Notes under the pieces: generated by a model
What the model was told of the DNA's origin: nothing
The model's input: the letters and a program-made list of their open reading frames with translations, nothing else
The model's database searches: none
Position numbers and translations under genes: made by a program
In this document: positions 20,883 through 30,333 of the stretch, in pieces
Numbering within the stretch: position 1 is the first letter of the stretch
Layout of the letters: every line of letters starts with the position of its first letter
Origin: an uncultured archaeon
Lineage (GTDB): Archaea > Asgardarchaeota > Thorarchaeia > Thorarchaeales > Thorarchaeaceae
DNA: 53,225 nucleotides
Assembly (NCBI GenBank): GCA_964631415.1
Contig: CAZVZC010000003.1
Coordinates: forward strand, 1 to 53,225
Reading direction: 5' to 3'

Positions 20883-21527
20883 ATGGCTGAGCAGTTTCTA
20901 AATCGCCTGACACAGATTGAGTCAAGCATCGCATCATTGGGTAAGACGCTCGAGAGAATGATCACAATTCTGACAGCCGTCACCGAGATTAAGTCTGAAC
21001 TTAAACTGACAAAGGGGGAGATACTGGAGGCGATTGGCAAGCAGGCTCGTGCAACCCCTGCTGCTGGATCAAGCGATGAAGCGGTGAGAGTGCTGAAGGC
21101 TGAGATCCAGAGAATCGAGGGCTCTCTGACAGAGGCAATCGAGAGCCTGAAACAGGGGGTTTCTCAGTCGATTCAAGGCATCCAGATTGCTGCACCTGCG
21201 GCCATAGGTGAGTCAGTTGTCGCAGCGCCTTCTGCTGCACCAGCAGTCAGGGTTCCGGCAGACAAGGCAATGCAGGTGGCAGATATTCTTCACGGTATCA
21301 TAAGTTCCCTCAAGATGGGGTGTCTTGCGGGAGACGTCCTCGAGGCATTGGCTGATGCCAAGACCTCTGTGATGAAGATACTACCAAGTGACGCAATCAT
21401 GGTCAAGATTGATCGCTGGAACGGCATGGTTGCAACTTATCCAAAGCGCAACGAACTGCAAGCCAAGGACATTCTGAAATTGAAACAGGAGATCAAGGCA
21501 GAGATAGCAAGGTATCAACCGGCCTAA
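20883..21527 (+). CDS. Hypothetical helical protein (coiled coil, Ala/Pro linker, helical C-domain)
   Basis: Heptad-like N-terminus and GGTGA SD upstream. Confidence 0.75.
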   Translation: MAEQFLNRLTQIESSIASLGKTLERMITILTAVTEIKSELKLTKGEILEAIGKQARATPAAGSSDEAVRVLKAEIQRIEGSLTEAIESLKQGVSQSIQGIQIAAPAAIGESVVAAPSAAPAVRVPADKAMQVADILHGIISSLKMGCLAGDVLEALADAKTSVMKILPSDAIMVKIDRWNGMVATYPKRNELQAKDILKLKQEIKAEIARYQPA

Positions 21528-21928
21528 GGCTCCGCCGCGCCGTCTGCAATCAGCTTCATCGTGGCCAATACACGCAGTATGTCTGTGGAGGTCACTATTC
21601 CAATAATGGTATCATCATCTATCACCGGGATGTGTCTCTTGCCTGTCTGATGCATGAGCGTGATGACCTGACCAAGCTCGGCTTCTGGGCTCACTGTCAC
21701 CACCGGACTGCTCATTATGTCCTGCAAAGATAGACTATGGTACAATTCCTCAGACAGGAGCTGTGCGGCGATTATGTCTTTCTGAGTCACGAGACCCACT
21801 AGAACGTCACCTGTTGTCACAATTAGGCTCCCCACATCTTCGACAGCCATGAGCTTAGCCGCCTCTAAGACAGGCGTAGTAGCATCAGCGGTGACTATGA
21901 CAGATGTCATGAAGTCGCGTACCAACAT
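21524..21928 (-). CDS. CBS-pair domain protein
   Basis: VRDFMT, GSLIV..GLVTQKD, IMSSPVVTV and HIPV..GIVTSTD. Confidence 0.9.
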   Translation of the reverse strand: MLVRDFMTSVIVTADATTPVLEAAKLMAVEDVGSLIVTTGDVLVGLVTQKDIIAAQLLSEELYHSLSLQDIMSSPVVTVSPEAELGQVITLMHQTGKRHIPVIDDDTIIGIVTSTDILRVLATMKLIADGAAEP

Positions 21929-21966
21929 AGTGAAGCCTCTGTCTATTGTGGATTAGCATGAGGAAA

Positions 21967-22575
21967 TCACATTTGCGGTGTGCGTTCCGCAGTGGCCTCG
22001 TTCAGTACAATCTCGGCCATACGAGTGAAGACATCATTGACTGAAGAACCTGTCTTGGCTGATGTTTCATAGTACTCAGCTTGGAACCAGTTTCGCAGCA
22101 TGAGCCCTGGTGCAACTGGGACCATTCTCTTCCCTTCCAGGTCCACTTTGTTCGCACATATGATAACCGGATCAGACGCGCACACCTCGCGAAAAGACTC
22201 AAACCAAGTATTCATCGCCATGAACGTTTCGGGCCGAGTCACATCATACACGATGATGGCGCCCGCGGCACCTTTCATATATTGCCTTCTGAGCTCTCGG
22301 TATGTCTGCTGACCACCCATGTCCCAGATCACAAGCCGTACTTGTCGAACCTGCCCAGAACTGTCAGATACGCTTACGTCCTTCGTGGAGAAGGTTGTGC
22401 CCAGCGTCTGCTTGTACTCCTCGTCAAAAGAGTTCTCGGTGTACCTTCGGAGCAATGAGGTCTTTCCAACGGCTGCCTCACCCAGCAGGACTATTCTGAA
22501 CTTGTAGCCATCGAAGCGGTCTACGTCTGGTGAACTCGCTGCGGGCGTGACACTTGGCGTCTGTCGTCTGCTCAT
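21967..22575 (-). CDS. Rab-like small GTPase
   Basis: GEAAVGKT, TLG, WDMGGQ, NKVD and ETSAK. Start placed at ATG 22575. Confidence 0.92.
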   Translation of the reverse strand: MSRRQTPSVTPAASSPDVDRFDGYKFRIVLLGEAAVGKTSLLRRYTENSFDEEYKQTLGTTFSTKDVSVSDSSGQVRQVRLVIWDMGGQQTYRELRRQYMKGAAGAIIVYDVTRPETFMAMNTWFESFREVCASDPVIICANKVDLEGKRMVPVAPGLMLRNWFQAEYYETSAKTGSSVNDVFTRMAEIVLNEATAERTPQM

Positions 22576-22862
22576 TCGATAGCTACCCCTAAATCGATTG
22601 CCAGGTCTACTGCTGCAAAGAATCCTTTGTTGCTTCTTATATCTTTTCTGCGGTGAGTGGTCCCGTCTAATGGTCATCAAGAGGCCACCTGCTATCACCA
22701 TCCCCGATTGAGCTAGGACTGACACAGGAGCCTTTGCTCACTTGAGAGAGCCCATTGGCACGCTCCTTGAGGCAAGACTGAGTCGGACTTAGTCATGAAC
22801 CACCACAGACTGTCGTCCCTGACATATGGGACTGTCTGACCTCCATGCGACCACTCCGAATC

Positions 22863-24524
22863 CTATGTGACCAAGAAGAACTCGAAGGCCACAACTGGGA
22901 CTGTCATCCCGAACCGAGTGATTACCTCGGGCGAAAGCTCGCCTAGAGCCCCAACTGGCTTGTCGTCAATCAGGATTCCAGCTGCCCTTCCTTCGATGTA
23001 GGTCTGGTCCGTCAGCGGCACATATCGGAACCTGTTATCGAAACCCAAGTTTCTGAGAACAAAGCCGAGCTGCGTCATGATCTCTGTCAAGTTGACACGC
23101 GCATCCGCGATAAGCCCGCACACAGAAGCTCTTTGGAGTGTCCTTGTTTCCGCGTTCTCGTCGGGAATAACAACGTCACCAACCTCGAAGACCCTTTGGG
23201 GATAGTCAGCATGCTGGTTTCTCGACATGAAGTCCATCAGTGCCGGAAGCAGAGAGTTCCTGAGGACTGAGAAGTCTAGGCTCTTTGGGTTACCGGTTGT
23301 GATGAGGGGTAGATTCCGCATCATTTTGACGCTCATGATATCAGGAGAGCTCATGACGTAGGTCATTATCTCTTGGTACCCTGTGCCGACCATCAGGTCG
23401 CGCACCTTGTTCTTCAAGCGCGTTGTGGGAAGGAAACGACCCACGGTCGTCGTCACTGGCATCGTTGGCTCTATTCTGTCGAAACCGTAGCCTATGGCGA
23501 CGTCCTCTATGAGGTCAACAGCATGAAGGATGTCTATCCGATACGCCGGAATCTCTACAGCCACCCTTCCTCTCGACGCAATTCTCGCCCCGTAACCCAT
23601 CTTCCTGAGAGAGTCAACCACTTGCTGGTCGCCCAACGCCAACCCGGTGAGGTTGACGACGTCCTCTGTGGCAACTGGCATCTTCCCAGGGGACAAATCC
23701 GGGGTATCGACCTCGGTTCCGTCAGGATAGAGTACCGTGACGGACTCTATCTTGCCGCCCCTATCTGCGAGTGATGCTATCATTATGTTCAGTGCTTGGT
23801 CCACACAGAATCTCTGCGTGCCTGTCACCTCTACGAACATGTTTCGAGTACTCGTCGTCAAACGGCCAAGGTCGTGGCTGTTGATGACTGGAGGAAGACT
23901 CAGCACCTTCCCTGCACCGTCAACCAGAAGAGGCCACTTCTTGAACCCAGATATGATTGGCCCATATGCGATGCCCTTGTCATGAGTACGCACAATGGTC
24001 CAGCCGTCCATAGGGGTTTCATTACCAAGAGGGACGAACTTGATTGAGTCTGGCTTCTCGACCTGATATGTCACCGGGAAATCTATGTCATCTAAGACAT
24101 AGAGGCCGATGCTGGCCTTCTTCCGATTCCTTCCATGTGTTGCAGTCAGCAGCTCCTGCAAATGCATGTAGTCCTTGATCAGCTCATCACTGGTTTCAAC
24201 ACCCTTCACTATGCCGCAAGATATGAACGGCCTTATCTTCTCAAGGCCCGGCTTTACGATGACCTGGTATGGAGACTTCTTCACATGGTAGCTCCTCAGC
24301 CCCAGTTCTATTCCCAAGAAGGCACGCATCGCTCGTGCGATTCCCTCCGAGGACAACATGTCTTGCCTGTCGGGGTTGATTTCTATCTCAATTCTGTTAC
24401 CCTGGACACTCTCGATCTCGGCCTTTAAAAGGAACAGAGATTCCTCGATTTCTTTGAGAGTAAGTGGTTTCCCGATGAGCTGTAAGAGATCGTCTATTCT
24501 GCATTGAACTATCATTGCGGTCAC
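22863..24524 (-). CDS. pheT: Phenylalanine-tRNA ligase beta subunit (archaeal type)
   Basis: NPDRQD, SLPPVINS, RIDILHAVDLIEDVAIGYG and RNSLLP. Confidence 0.95.
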   Translation of the reverse strand: MTAMIVQCRIDDLLQLIGKPLTLKEIEESLFLLKAEIESVQGNRIEIEINPDRQDMLSSEGIARAMRAFLGIELGLRSYHVKKSPYQVIVKPGLEKIRPFISCGIVKGVETSDELIKDYMHLQELLTATHGRNRKKASIGLYVLDDIDFPVTYQVEKPDSIKFVPLGNETPMDGWTIVRTHDKGIAYGPIISGFKKWPLLVDGAGKVLSLPPVINSHDLGRLTTSTRNMFVEVTGTQRFCVDQALNIMIASLADRGGKIESVTVLYPDGTEVDTPDLSPGKMPVATEDVVNLTGLALGDQQVVDSLRKMGYGARIASRGRVAVEIPAYRIDILHAVDLIEDVAIGYGFDRIEPTMPVTTTVGRFLPTTRLKNKVRDLMVGTGYQEIMTYVMSSPDIMSVKMMRNLPLITTGNPKSLDFSVLRNSLLPALMDFMSRNQHADYPQRVFEVGDVVIPDENAETRTLQRASVCGLIADARVNLTEIMTQLGFVLRNLGFDNRFRYVPLTDQTYIEGRAAGILIDDKPVGALGELSPEVITRFGMTVPVVAFEFFLVT

Positions 24525-26029
24525 CTCACAAAGTACTTCCCACGTATCCAGGTCAAGTCTCGTGAGAGAATATCTCTAATATCTGATATCTCCAGCGAAG
24601 TCATGTACAACCTCATTGCTCCAATCCCCCAGGCAAGCACCGTGTCCCTGATGCCCAATGGGTGTGTCACCTCTGGTCTGAAGATGCCACCGGGAGCCAC
24701 TTCTATCCATCCAAGCGTTTCATGTTTGGCAAAGGTTTCGACACTGGGTTCTGTGAACGGGAACTGGCCCGGTTTGAACTTGATCTTCTTCACGCCAACC
24801 CTACGACAAATCTCGCTCAGGTAGCCCATGAGGTCTCTGAGTGTGAGACCCTTGTCCAGTATGATGCCCTCACACTGATCGAACTCCTGACCATGTCGTG
24901 CATCAAGGGATTCTGCCCTGAAGTTTCTGTCAATGATGAACATCTTCTGAGGGGGTTCCTTGTGTTGGCTGAGATACCTCACTGAAACTGGCGTGGTATG
25001 GGCCCGGAGGCAGAGCCTTGACGAGATCTCTTTGCTGAATGGCCATTGCCAGCCCTTTGAACCAGTCCCACCGCCGTTCTCATGGACTGCTTTGACTAGT
25101 GCGTAGTACTTGGCATCAGGGATAATGCCATGGTCGTAAGGTTTCGTTACCCTGAACTGATCCTGCACTTCTCTGGCAACATGGTCCTGGGGGACGAACA
25201 GTGCATCATTATTCCAGAACTCGGTCTCTACATAAGGTCCCGACCACTCTGTGAACCCAAGCCCGACAAAGATTTCCTTGAGCCAATCCACGAACTCGGC
25301 ATACGGATGTTTCCGGCCATAGTTCGTGCGCGCCGCTTCCAGCTCGACATTGAACGGCCTGAAGGACTTACCTTTCCAGGAACCTGTCGTCAGCATCTCG
25401 GGTGTGACATCGATCATACCCTCTAGTCCTTTCGCTAACAGGTCATCTATCACTCCTCTCTTCTCTTTTCGCAGTTCTGCGACGTAACTCTTGGCTATTT
25501 CACGCTTCACAAGAGTTCTCTCTATGGCCTGTTTGATTCCCTCCGCGAGCTTTTCGGGTATCTGAGAAACACCTCTCTCAAGCAGAGTCAATACCTCGGC
25601 GACCTGTGAAACCGCTTTGTCCACGCGCACCTCAATCATGGTGTCGCCATCGATCTTGATTACGTCCAGCCAACCATTCTTGCGAGACCAGTTCACAGCT
25701 ATCCCTTTCGAGGCCTGCGTCAGACCAGCTGCTGAAACAGCATCTTCCAGACGCATCTTGTTTCCTGAACTCTTGACAGCTGTGAAGAGGCGCACTTCTG
25801 GAAGACCTTCCGTCAAATAACGACGACCCTCCTCTGTCAGAGAGAGAAGCTCCGATTCGAGGGTTTCCAGCAAGACGAGTTCTCTCTGAACCAAGGAATT
25901 GAGCACTGAAACCACTCGCTGCTCGCTGTCCTTCAGCTCCTGGGCTAGGTTCCGTGCCAAGACGGGTTGATCGTGTCGCACGAGTTCGGCTAAGACCAGT
26001 CGCTCTCCGTCTGTCAACTGCTCGCTCAT
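24521..26029 (-). CDS. pheS: Phenylalanine-tRNA ligase alpha subunit
   Basis: FWNNDALFVPQDH, LRAHTT, FPFTEPS, GIFRPE and AWGIG. Confidence 0.95.
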   Translation of the reverse strand: MSEQLTDGERLVLAELVRHDQPVLARNLAQELKDSEQRVVSVLNSLVQRELVLLETLESELLSLTEEGRRYLTEGLPEVRLFTAVKSSGNKMRLEDAVSAAGLTQASKGIAVNWSRKNGWLDVIKIDGDTMIEVRVDKAVSQVAEVLTLLERGVSQIPEKLAEGIKQAIERTLVKREIAKSYVAELRKEKRGVIDDLLAKGLEGMIDVTPEMLTTGSWKGKSFRPFNVELEAARTNYGRKHPYAEFVDWLKEIFVGLGFTEWSGPYVETEFWNNDALFVPQDHVAREVQDQFRVTKPYDHGIIPDAKYYALVKAVHENGGGTGSKGWQWPFSKEISSRLCLRAHTTPVSVRYLSQHKEPPQKMFIIDRNFRAESLDARHGQEFDQCEGIILDKGLTLRDLMGYLSEICRRVGVKKIKFKPGQFPFTEPSVETFAKHETLGWIEVAPGGIFRPEVTHPLGIRDTVLAWGIGAMRLYMTSLEISDIRDILSRDLTWIRGKYFVR

Positions 26030-26414
26030 GACTGCACCAAGACCTCCAGAATAATGGATGGTTGCATAAAAGAAACAGCCGCGCCGAAACTGACCTCAAC
26101 TAAACAAGAAACGCCTATGAGGCCAATGTAAATTGGCGTGGCCACATTCCTTTCGCACCCTTGACTACGCTCATCCAACGACCCCTTTTTTAATCTTCTC
26201 ATCGACTGAGTTGCCATTGGCACAGTGGGAATCCTACGTGAACTGCTCTCATGCCAAGCTCACCCTGCACACCGGCACCGGGCTAGTCGCTGGACATGTT
26301 GTTGCATAACGTTAAAATAGACAGCGCCGAGGACCTCCTCGCCAGCACTCGGACGTGTTGCCTCGTTCTTCGTGGTTCCGCAATCCGAGAAGGCAGGGAT
26401 GTGGACATCTATTC

Positions 26415-27497
26415 ATGCTTGACCGATACCAGCTGAAGCGGAAAATAGCAGATCTCAAGGCATTCAAGGGAAGGCAGAGCTCATTCACCACTCTAACGGT
26501 TCCTCCCAACAAGGCCTTGGCAGACGTCATCGCCTTCGTGAGGGCAGAGCTCGCCGGATGCGAGAACATCAAGAGCAGAGTCAACAGAAGGAATGTGGCA
26601 GACAACCTGACAGCAATCCTAAGCGAACTTACAAAGATGAAATCGGTCCCTGAGAACGGCGTCGCTTTCTTCTATGGGATTCAGGAGGGCGTGGGTGGAG
26701 GGACCAACAAGGAGATCAGGGAAATCCTGGTTCCCCCCGCTCCAATCACACAGTTCGTCTACATCTGTGGGCGAGAGTTTGCAGTCGAAGAACTGGAGAG
26801 CATGACCCACCCGAAGAGTCTGATTGTAATTGTACTGATTGAGGGTGGAAAGGTTACGATTGGATATCTTCGCGGCAAGCATATGGAGCTCGTCCGAGAT
26901 GAGGACTACTACATCATTGGCAAAACAAGAGCAGGCGGCCAAAGTGCAAGAAGGTTTGAGCATATTAGGGATGGGCTGATGCTTGACTTCTTCAAACATG
27001 TTGGCAGGATGCTGGGCGAGCTCCTGCTGCCCAATATCCAGAACGTTGATGCAATAGTCCTTGGAGGCAACACTATCAGGGCGCAGGAGTTCTTGGAGAA
27101 AGGTGATCTCGATTATCGCCTGAAACTCAAAGTCGCAGAGACAATAATTCCAGTCAGCCAAGTTGACGAGATCGGTCTGTTCGAGGCCATGAAGGAAGCC
27201 TCTAGGATACTCAAAGAAACTGAGATCTACGCTGAGAGGCAGGCATGGGATGTATTTCTTGAGAGTCTCATGAAGGGCTCGTCGGCGGTGACATATGGGA
27301 GAAAGGAAGTCATGGAAGCTCTGAAAGCAGGACGTGTACAGAGCTTGCTGGTAACTGAGGACAGTCCAGACTTGAGTGACGAACTCCTCCAAGAGGTTTC
27401 CAACTATGGAACCGAGCTGATGGTGTTTTCTAGTCAGACTGAGTCCGGTTCACAGCTTAAGGGCTTTGGAGGAATTGCCGCGATACTGCGGTGGTAA
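26415..27497 (+). CDS. prf1: Peptide chain release factor aRF1/eRF1 family (divergent N-domain)
   Basis: NIKS, YICGREF, GGQSARRF and C-terminal FGGIAAILRW. Start at ATG 26415. Confidence 0.88.
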   Translation: MLDRYQLKRKIADLKAFKGRQSSFTTLTVPPNKALADVIAFVRAELAGCENIKSRVNRRNVADNLTAILSELTKMKSVPENGVAFFYGIQEGVGGGTNKEIREILVPPAPITQFVYICGREFAVEELESMTHPKSLIVIVLIEGGKVTIGYLRGKHMELVRDEDYYIIGKTRAGGQSARRFEHIRDGLMLDFFKHVGRMLGELLLPNIQNVDAIVLGGNTIRAQEFLEKGDLDYRLKLKVAETIIPVSQVDEIGLFEAMKEASRILKETEIYAERQAWDVFLESLMKGSSAVTYGRKEVMEALKAGRVQSLLVTEDSPDLSDELLQEVSNYGTELMVFSSQTESGSQLKGFGGIAAILRW

Positions 27498-27509
27498 TCG
27501 ATCTACTCG

Positions 27510-27923
27510 TCATTCATGAGGTGGGTGTGGCAGTTCGCTTAGAGTTTCAATGTCTAAGAGCCAGCTCGTGAGCTCTTTTGCGATGCCCTCAATATACCCC
27601 AGAAGTGACTCCTGGTACTGGTGCAGGTGTTCGGGTTCCAGCTTGTTCTCTTTCTCCATGTAGTCCTTGACTCGCTTGGGCAGACCGGTCGTCCACATCT
27701 TGAGGGACAGCTCGGCCTTGCGATCGCTCAGAATCTTGTCAGCCATCTTGTGTTTGCTGCGTGCCTTGATCAGCTCATTGACAGTCTTCTCTGCAGATAT
27801 CGTCGCGATTACAAGCTGTTTTGCATCATCCTTTGTGCCCTTGTTCTTGGTCGAGTAGTATACCCGCTTCAGGAGTCTCTTCGCCTCCAAGACCCGCAAC
27901 AGGAAATCCCGCAGCTCGTGCAT
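27510..27923 (-). CDS. Hypothetical helical protein
   Basis: Protein-like amphipathic helical sequence from ATG 27923. No recognised motif. Confidence 0.7.
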   Translation of the reverse strand: MHELRDFLLRVLEAKRLLKRVYYSTKNKGTKDDAKQLVIATISAEKTVNELIKARSKHKMADKILSDRKAELSLKMWTTGLPKRVKDYMEKENKLEPEHLHQYQESLLGYIEGIAKELTSWLLDIETLSELPHPPHE

Positions 27924-28620
27924 GACCCATGTGGAAACGCAGCCCAAGATGTGCTTTTTGCTGCGCTACTGAGTACCTGCATTGGCCCAATCCTCCAAAG
28001 GGGCACCCAGAGCACTTGGTCCGCTCAGGACAAGGTCGCGGAGGACGCACCCCCTTCCAGACCTCATCCAATCTGTGGAGTGTCTGAACAACCTCGTCGG
28101 ACTTGAACCGTTTCAGAAAGATACGAGGCTTCGAGCAGCTCAGGCAGTTAGGAGACGTGCTTCTCCCACAACGAAATGCATTCTGCTGTTTGCAGTACAT
28201 GATTATGAGCCTGGCCGACTTGCAGGAAACACCCGAGTCCAACAAGGCAAGAGAATAGAGGCCAGCTTGAAAGGCGTCCTCGGGTTTAGCTCTGCTCGGC
28301 AAGGATCCCATGGGGAACTTCCTCTCAATGACCGCATCAAGAATCCGGACTTCTCCGAACCGCATAATGGCATGATCGAACCTTCCACCGAAAGACTGCT
28401 GCTTTGAGCAGACCCATTGTTCAGTGAAGAGATAGCGCTGATTCTCCCTCAGTCCTGGCGGCACAGATGCCAGAAACGTGAACAAATCCCAAGGAGCCGA
28501 CATCGATCCGCGAAGAAGCCTTCCCAAGAAGTGCAATGACGTTTGAGCTCTCTGGTATACCAAGAACGTGATGCCTGCGACAATCACGAATGCCAGCACA
28601 GTCGTTAACGTCAGATCCAA
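27826..28620 (-). CDS. Membrane-anchored Cas4-like PD-(D/E)xK nuclease, large subunit
   Basis: N-terminal TM, GRFD, IERK, QAGLY and C-terminal CSGCPFGGLGQC. GGTGG SD precedes TTG 28620. Confidence 0.72.
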   Translation of the reverse strand: MDLTLTTVLAFVIVAGITFLVYQRAQTSLHFLGRLLRGSMSAPWDLFTFLASVPPGLRENQRYLFTEQWVCSKQQSFGGRFDHAIMRFGEVRILDAVIERKFPMGSLPSRAKPEDAFQAGLYSLALLDSGVSCKSARLIIMYCKQQNAFRCGRSTSPNCLSCSKPRIFLKRFKSDEVVQTLHRLDEVWKGVRPPRPCPERTKCSGCPFGGLGQCRYSVAQQKAHLGLRFHMGHARAAGFPVAGLGGEETPEAGILLDQEQGHKG

Positions 28621-28880
28621 ATCGACCACCCGACAAAGCATAGCAGTAAAGCAGATACCGCCAAGAGAACAATGATGACCGGTCCTGTCTGGTGAGGCAG
28701 TCTCTTTCGTGTTGACCTAAGCGTTCGCTTCTCATGAAGCCACGTACCTGTGACACCACTGGGATGGGGCATGTCACCGAGGGTCTGCTTCAGGTGAAGC
28801 CGATACTCACACTGGAATTGTGTCCGCAGGTCGGCAACGTTTCGCAGAAGACTAGGTGGTTCACGAGTTCCTGATGACAC
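28611..28880 (-). CDS. Small membrane protein carrying the Cas4-like N-terminal motif
   Basis: VADLRTQFQCEYRLHL...GTWLHE followed by a C-terminal TM helix. Start uncertain (28880-28952). Confidence 0.65.
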   Translation of the reverse strand: MSSGTREPPSLLRNVADLRTQFQCEYRLHLKQTLGDMPHPSGVTGTWLHEKRTLRSTRKRLPHQTGPVIIVLLAVSALLLCFVGWSIWI

Positions 28881-29140
28881 CAGACTCACGCTCTCGTACA
28901 CACGTTCTGTATGACGACTCAAAAGCACCACCGCATTCTCTGCAGACAACATACATCAACGGGCACGGCTAGTGTTGGGGGTCTGATTCCCGGCCATTGT
29001 TTCAGTGTCCGTGTCCCACATCGAGGCCGTCTTTGCCAGCTAAAGGGCGATTTTGGGATAATCACAAGAGGAATACATATATTGGACTGTCATGATGCCT
29101 AGTTCTAGCAGACTCCGCATTCAGTCAAGGGGAAGTCAAC

Positions 29141-29560
29141 ATGCCAACCAGCTATGAAGGAGCAACGGCAGGCCGCGTATTGGTGTTCGACGACAGCGAC
29201 AGTGTGAGATTTCCGAAGGCTTTCAAGACCGCAATGGGAACCAAGAAGGGACTCATGGTCCTCGTACACAAGGACAGGCTGATCAAGGTCTTCCCTCTGG
29301 ACACTGACGAAGTGAGCTTCCTATCGCTCGAGATTGGCAAGCTCACAAACAACTTCCTCACAATGTTGTCAGGGATATTCAAGAAGTCAGGATTGGTCGA
29401 TCTGCTTTTCTCAACCGGAGTGTGCCTCAGAGGTACGAAGTGCTTCTATGAGTGTTACTTCTCGCCGAAACAGCTGACAGTCGGAATGGATGAGCTGAGG
29501 CGCTTGCTCAGGGAACTGGAAGGCGTAAAGAACGTCGTCATCGAACCTGTCCCAGCATGA
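29141..29560 (+). CDS. Putative AbrB-like + ACT-like domain regulator
   Basis: DDSDSVRFPKAFKTAMG resembles a swapped hairpin, and the C-terminal LRELEGVKNV resembles an ACT end. Confidence 0.5.
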   Translation: MPTSYEGATAGRVLVFDDSDSVRFPKAFKTAMGTKKGLMVLVHKDRLIKVFPLDTDEVSFLSLEIGKLTNNFLTMLSGIFKKSGLVDLLFSTGVCLRGTKCFYECYFSPKQLTVGMDELRRLLRELEGVKNVVIEPVPA

Positions 29561-29724
29561 GATGACTCGGGGTCGTCGGCCCACGTTCAGTACATATCTG
29601 TTCAATATGCAGACCGGAAGGTTCTGCATATCGTTCGGCAACAGGAGCATATATCACTCACAGTCCAAGCGAGAAAGTTGATGCGCTAGTATCGCGCTTC
29701 GGAAATGCTACGGGGTGATGCACA

Positions 29725-30333
29725 CTGCAAGACCTGTTCCTAATCCTACAAGACCTAATCCAGCAGGGCTATCCCGGTCTGCTATTGGCCTGCTTCGTCA
29801 TAAACATGGTTCCATTTCTGAGCCCGAGCAACATGGTGCTTGCTGGCCTTGCGGCTATGCTGGTTCCGACGATGCACTGGGTGTCGATCGGCTTCGTAGT
29901 AGCAATATCTGCGACACTTGCCAAGGCGATTCACTATGGAGTCGTCCGCTCTTCAAGAATAGCGATGTCTGACGAACACCTCAGGTCATTGGACCAGGAA
30001 AAGGCACGAGTCGAGAAGTGGGGTGCGTTGGCTCTTTTCTTTGCAGCGGCGTCACCAATACCGGACGACCCACTGATAGTCTACGTCGGCCTAACAAGAT
30101 ACAGCCCCGTCAAGTTCATAATCAGCTATTTCATCGGGAAGCTGACTGTCACCCTTGCTGGGGCTCTCGTGGGCTACGTCGCTGGTGGCCTGTTCGAGGG
30201 TGCCCCCATTGTAATTGCATCAGTCGTACTCACTGCAATCATCACAGGCATACTCTTCAAACGAAAAACCGAGAGGAGTCCAAGCGACCCTGTCCAGCAT
30301 CATGACAGCGGCAGTCTATCGACTGCTTCCTAA
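29725..30333 (+). CDS. DedA/VTT (SNARE-associated) membrane protein
   Basis: WGALALFFAAASPIPDD..VGLTRY..FIISYFIGK. Frame extends upstream to CTG 29725 behind a GGGGTGA SD. Confidence 0.82.
   Translation: MQDLFLILQDLIQQGYPGLLLACFVINMVPFLSPSNMVLAGLAAMLVPTMHWVSIGFVVAISATLAKAIHYGVVRSSRIAMSDEHLRSLDQEKARVEKWGALALFFAAASPIPDDPLIVYVGLTRYSPVKFIISYFIGKLTVTLAGALVGYVAGGLFEGAPIVIASVVLTAIITGILFKRKTERSPSDPVQHHDSGSLSTAS

Noticed and set aside
22775-22840. Two hairpins downstream of pheT as an ncRNA
   Set aside because: Short imperfect stems, adequately explained as termination signals or chance.
26030-26414. tRNA or ncRNA between pheS and aRF1
   Set aside because: No cloverleaf or T-loop consensus recognised. 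Probably divergent promoters.
26415-27497. Pelota/Dom34
   Set aside because: GGQ and NIKS are present.
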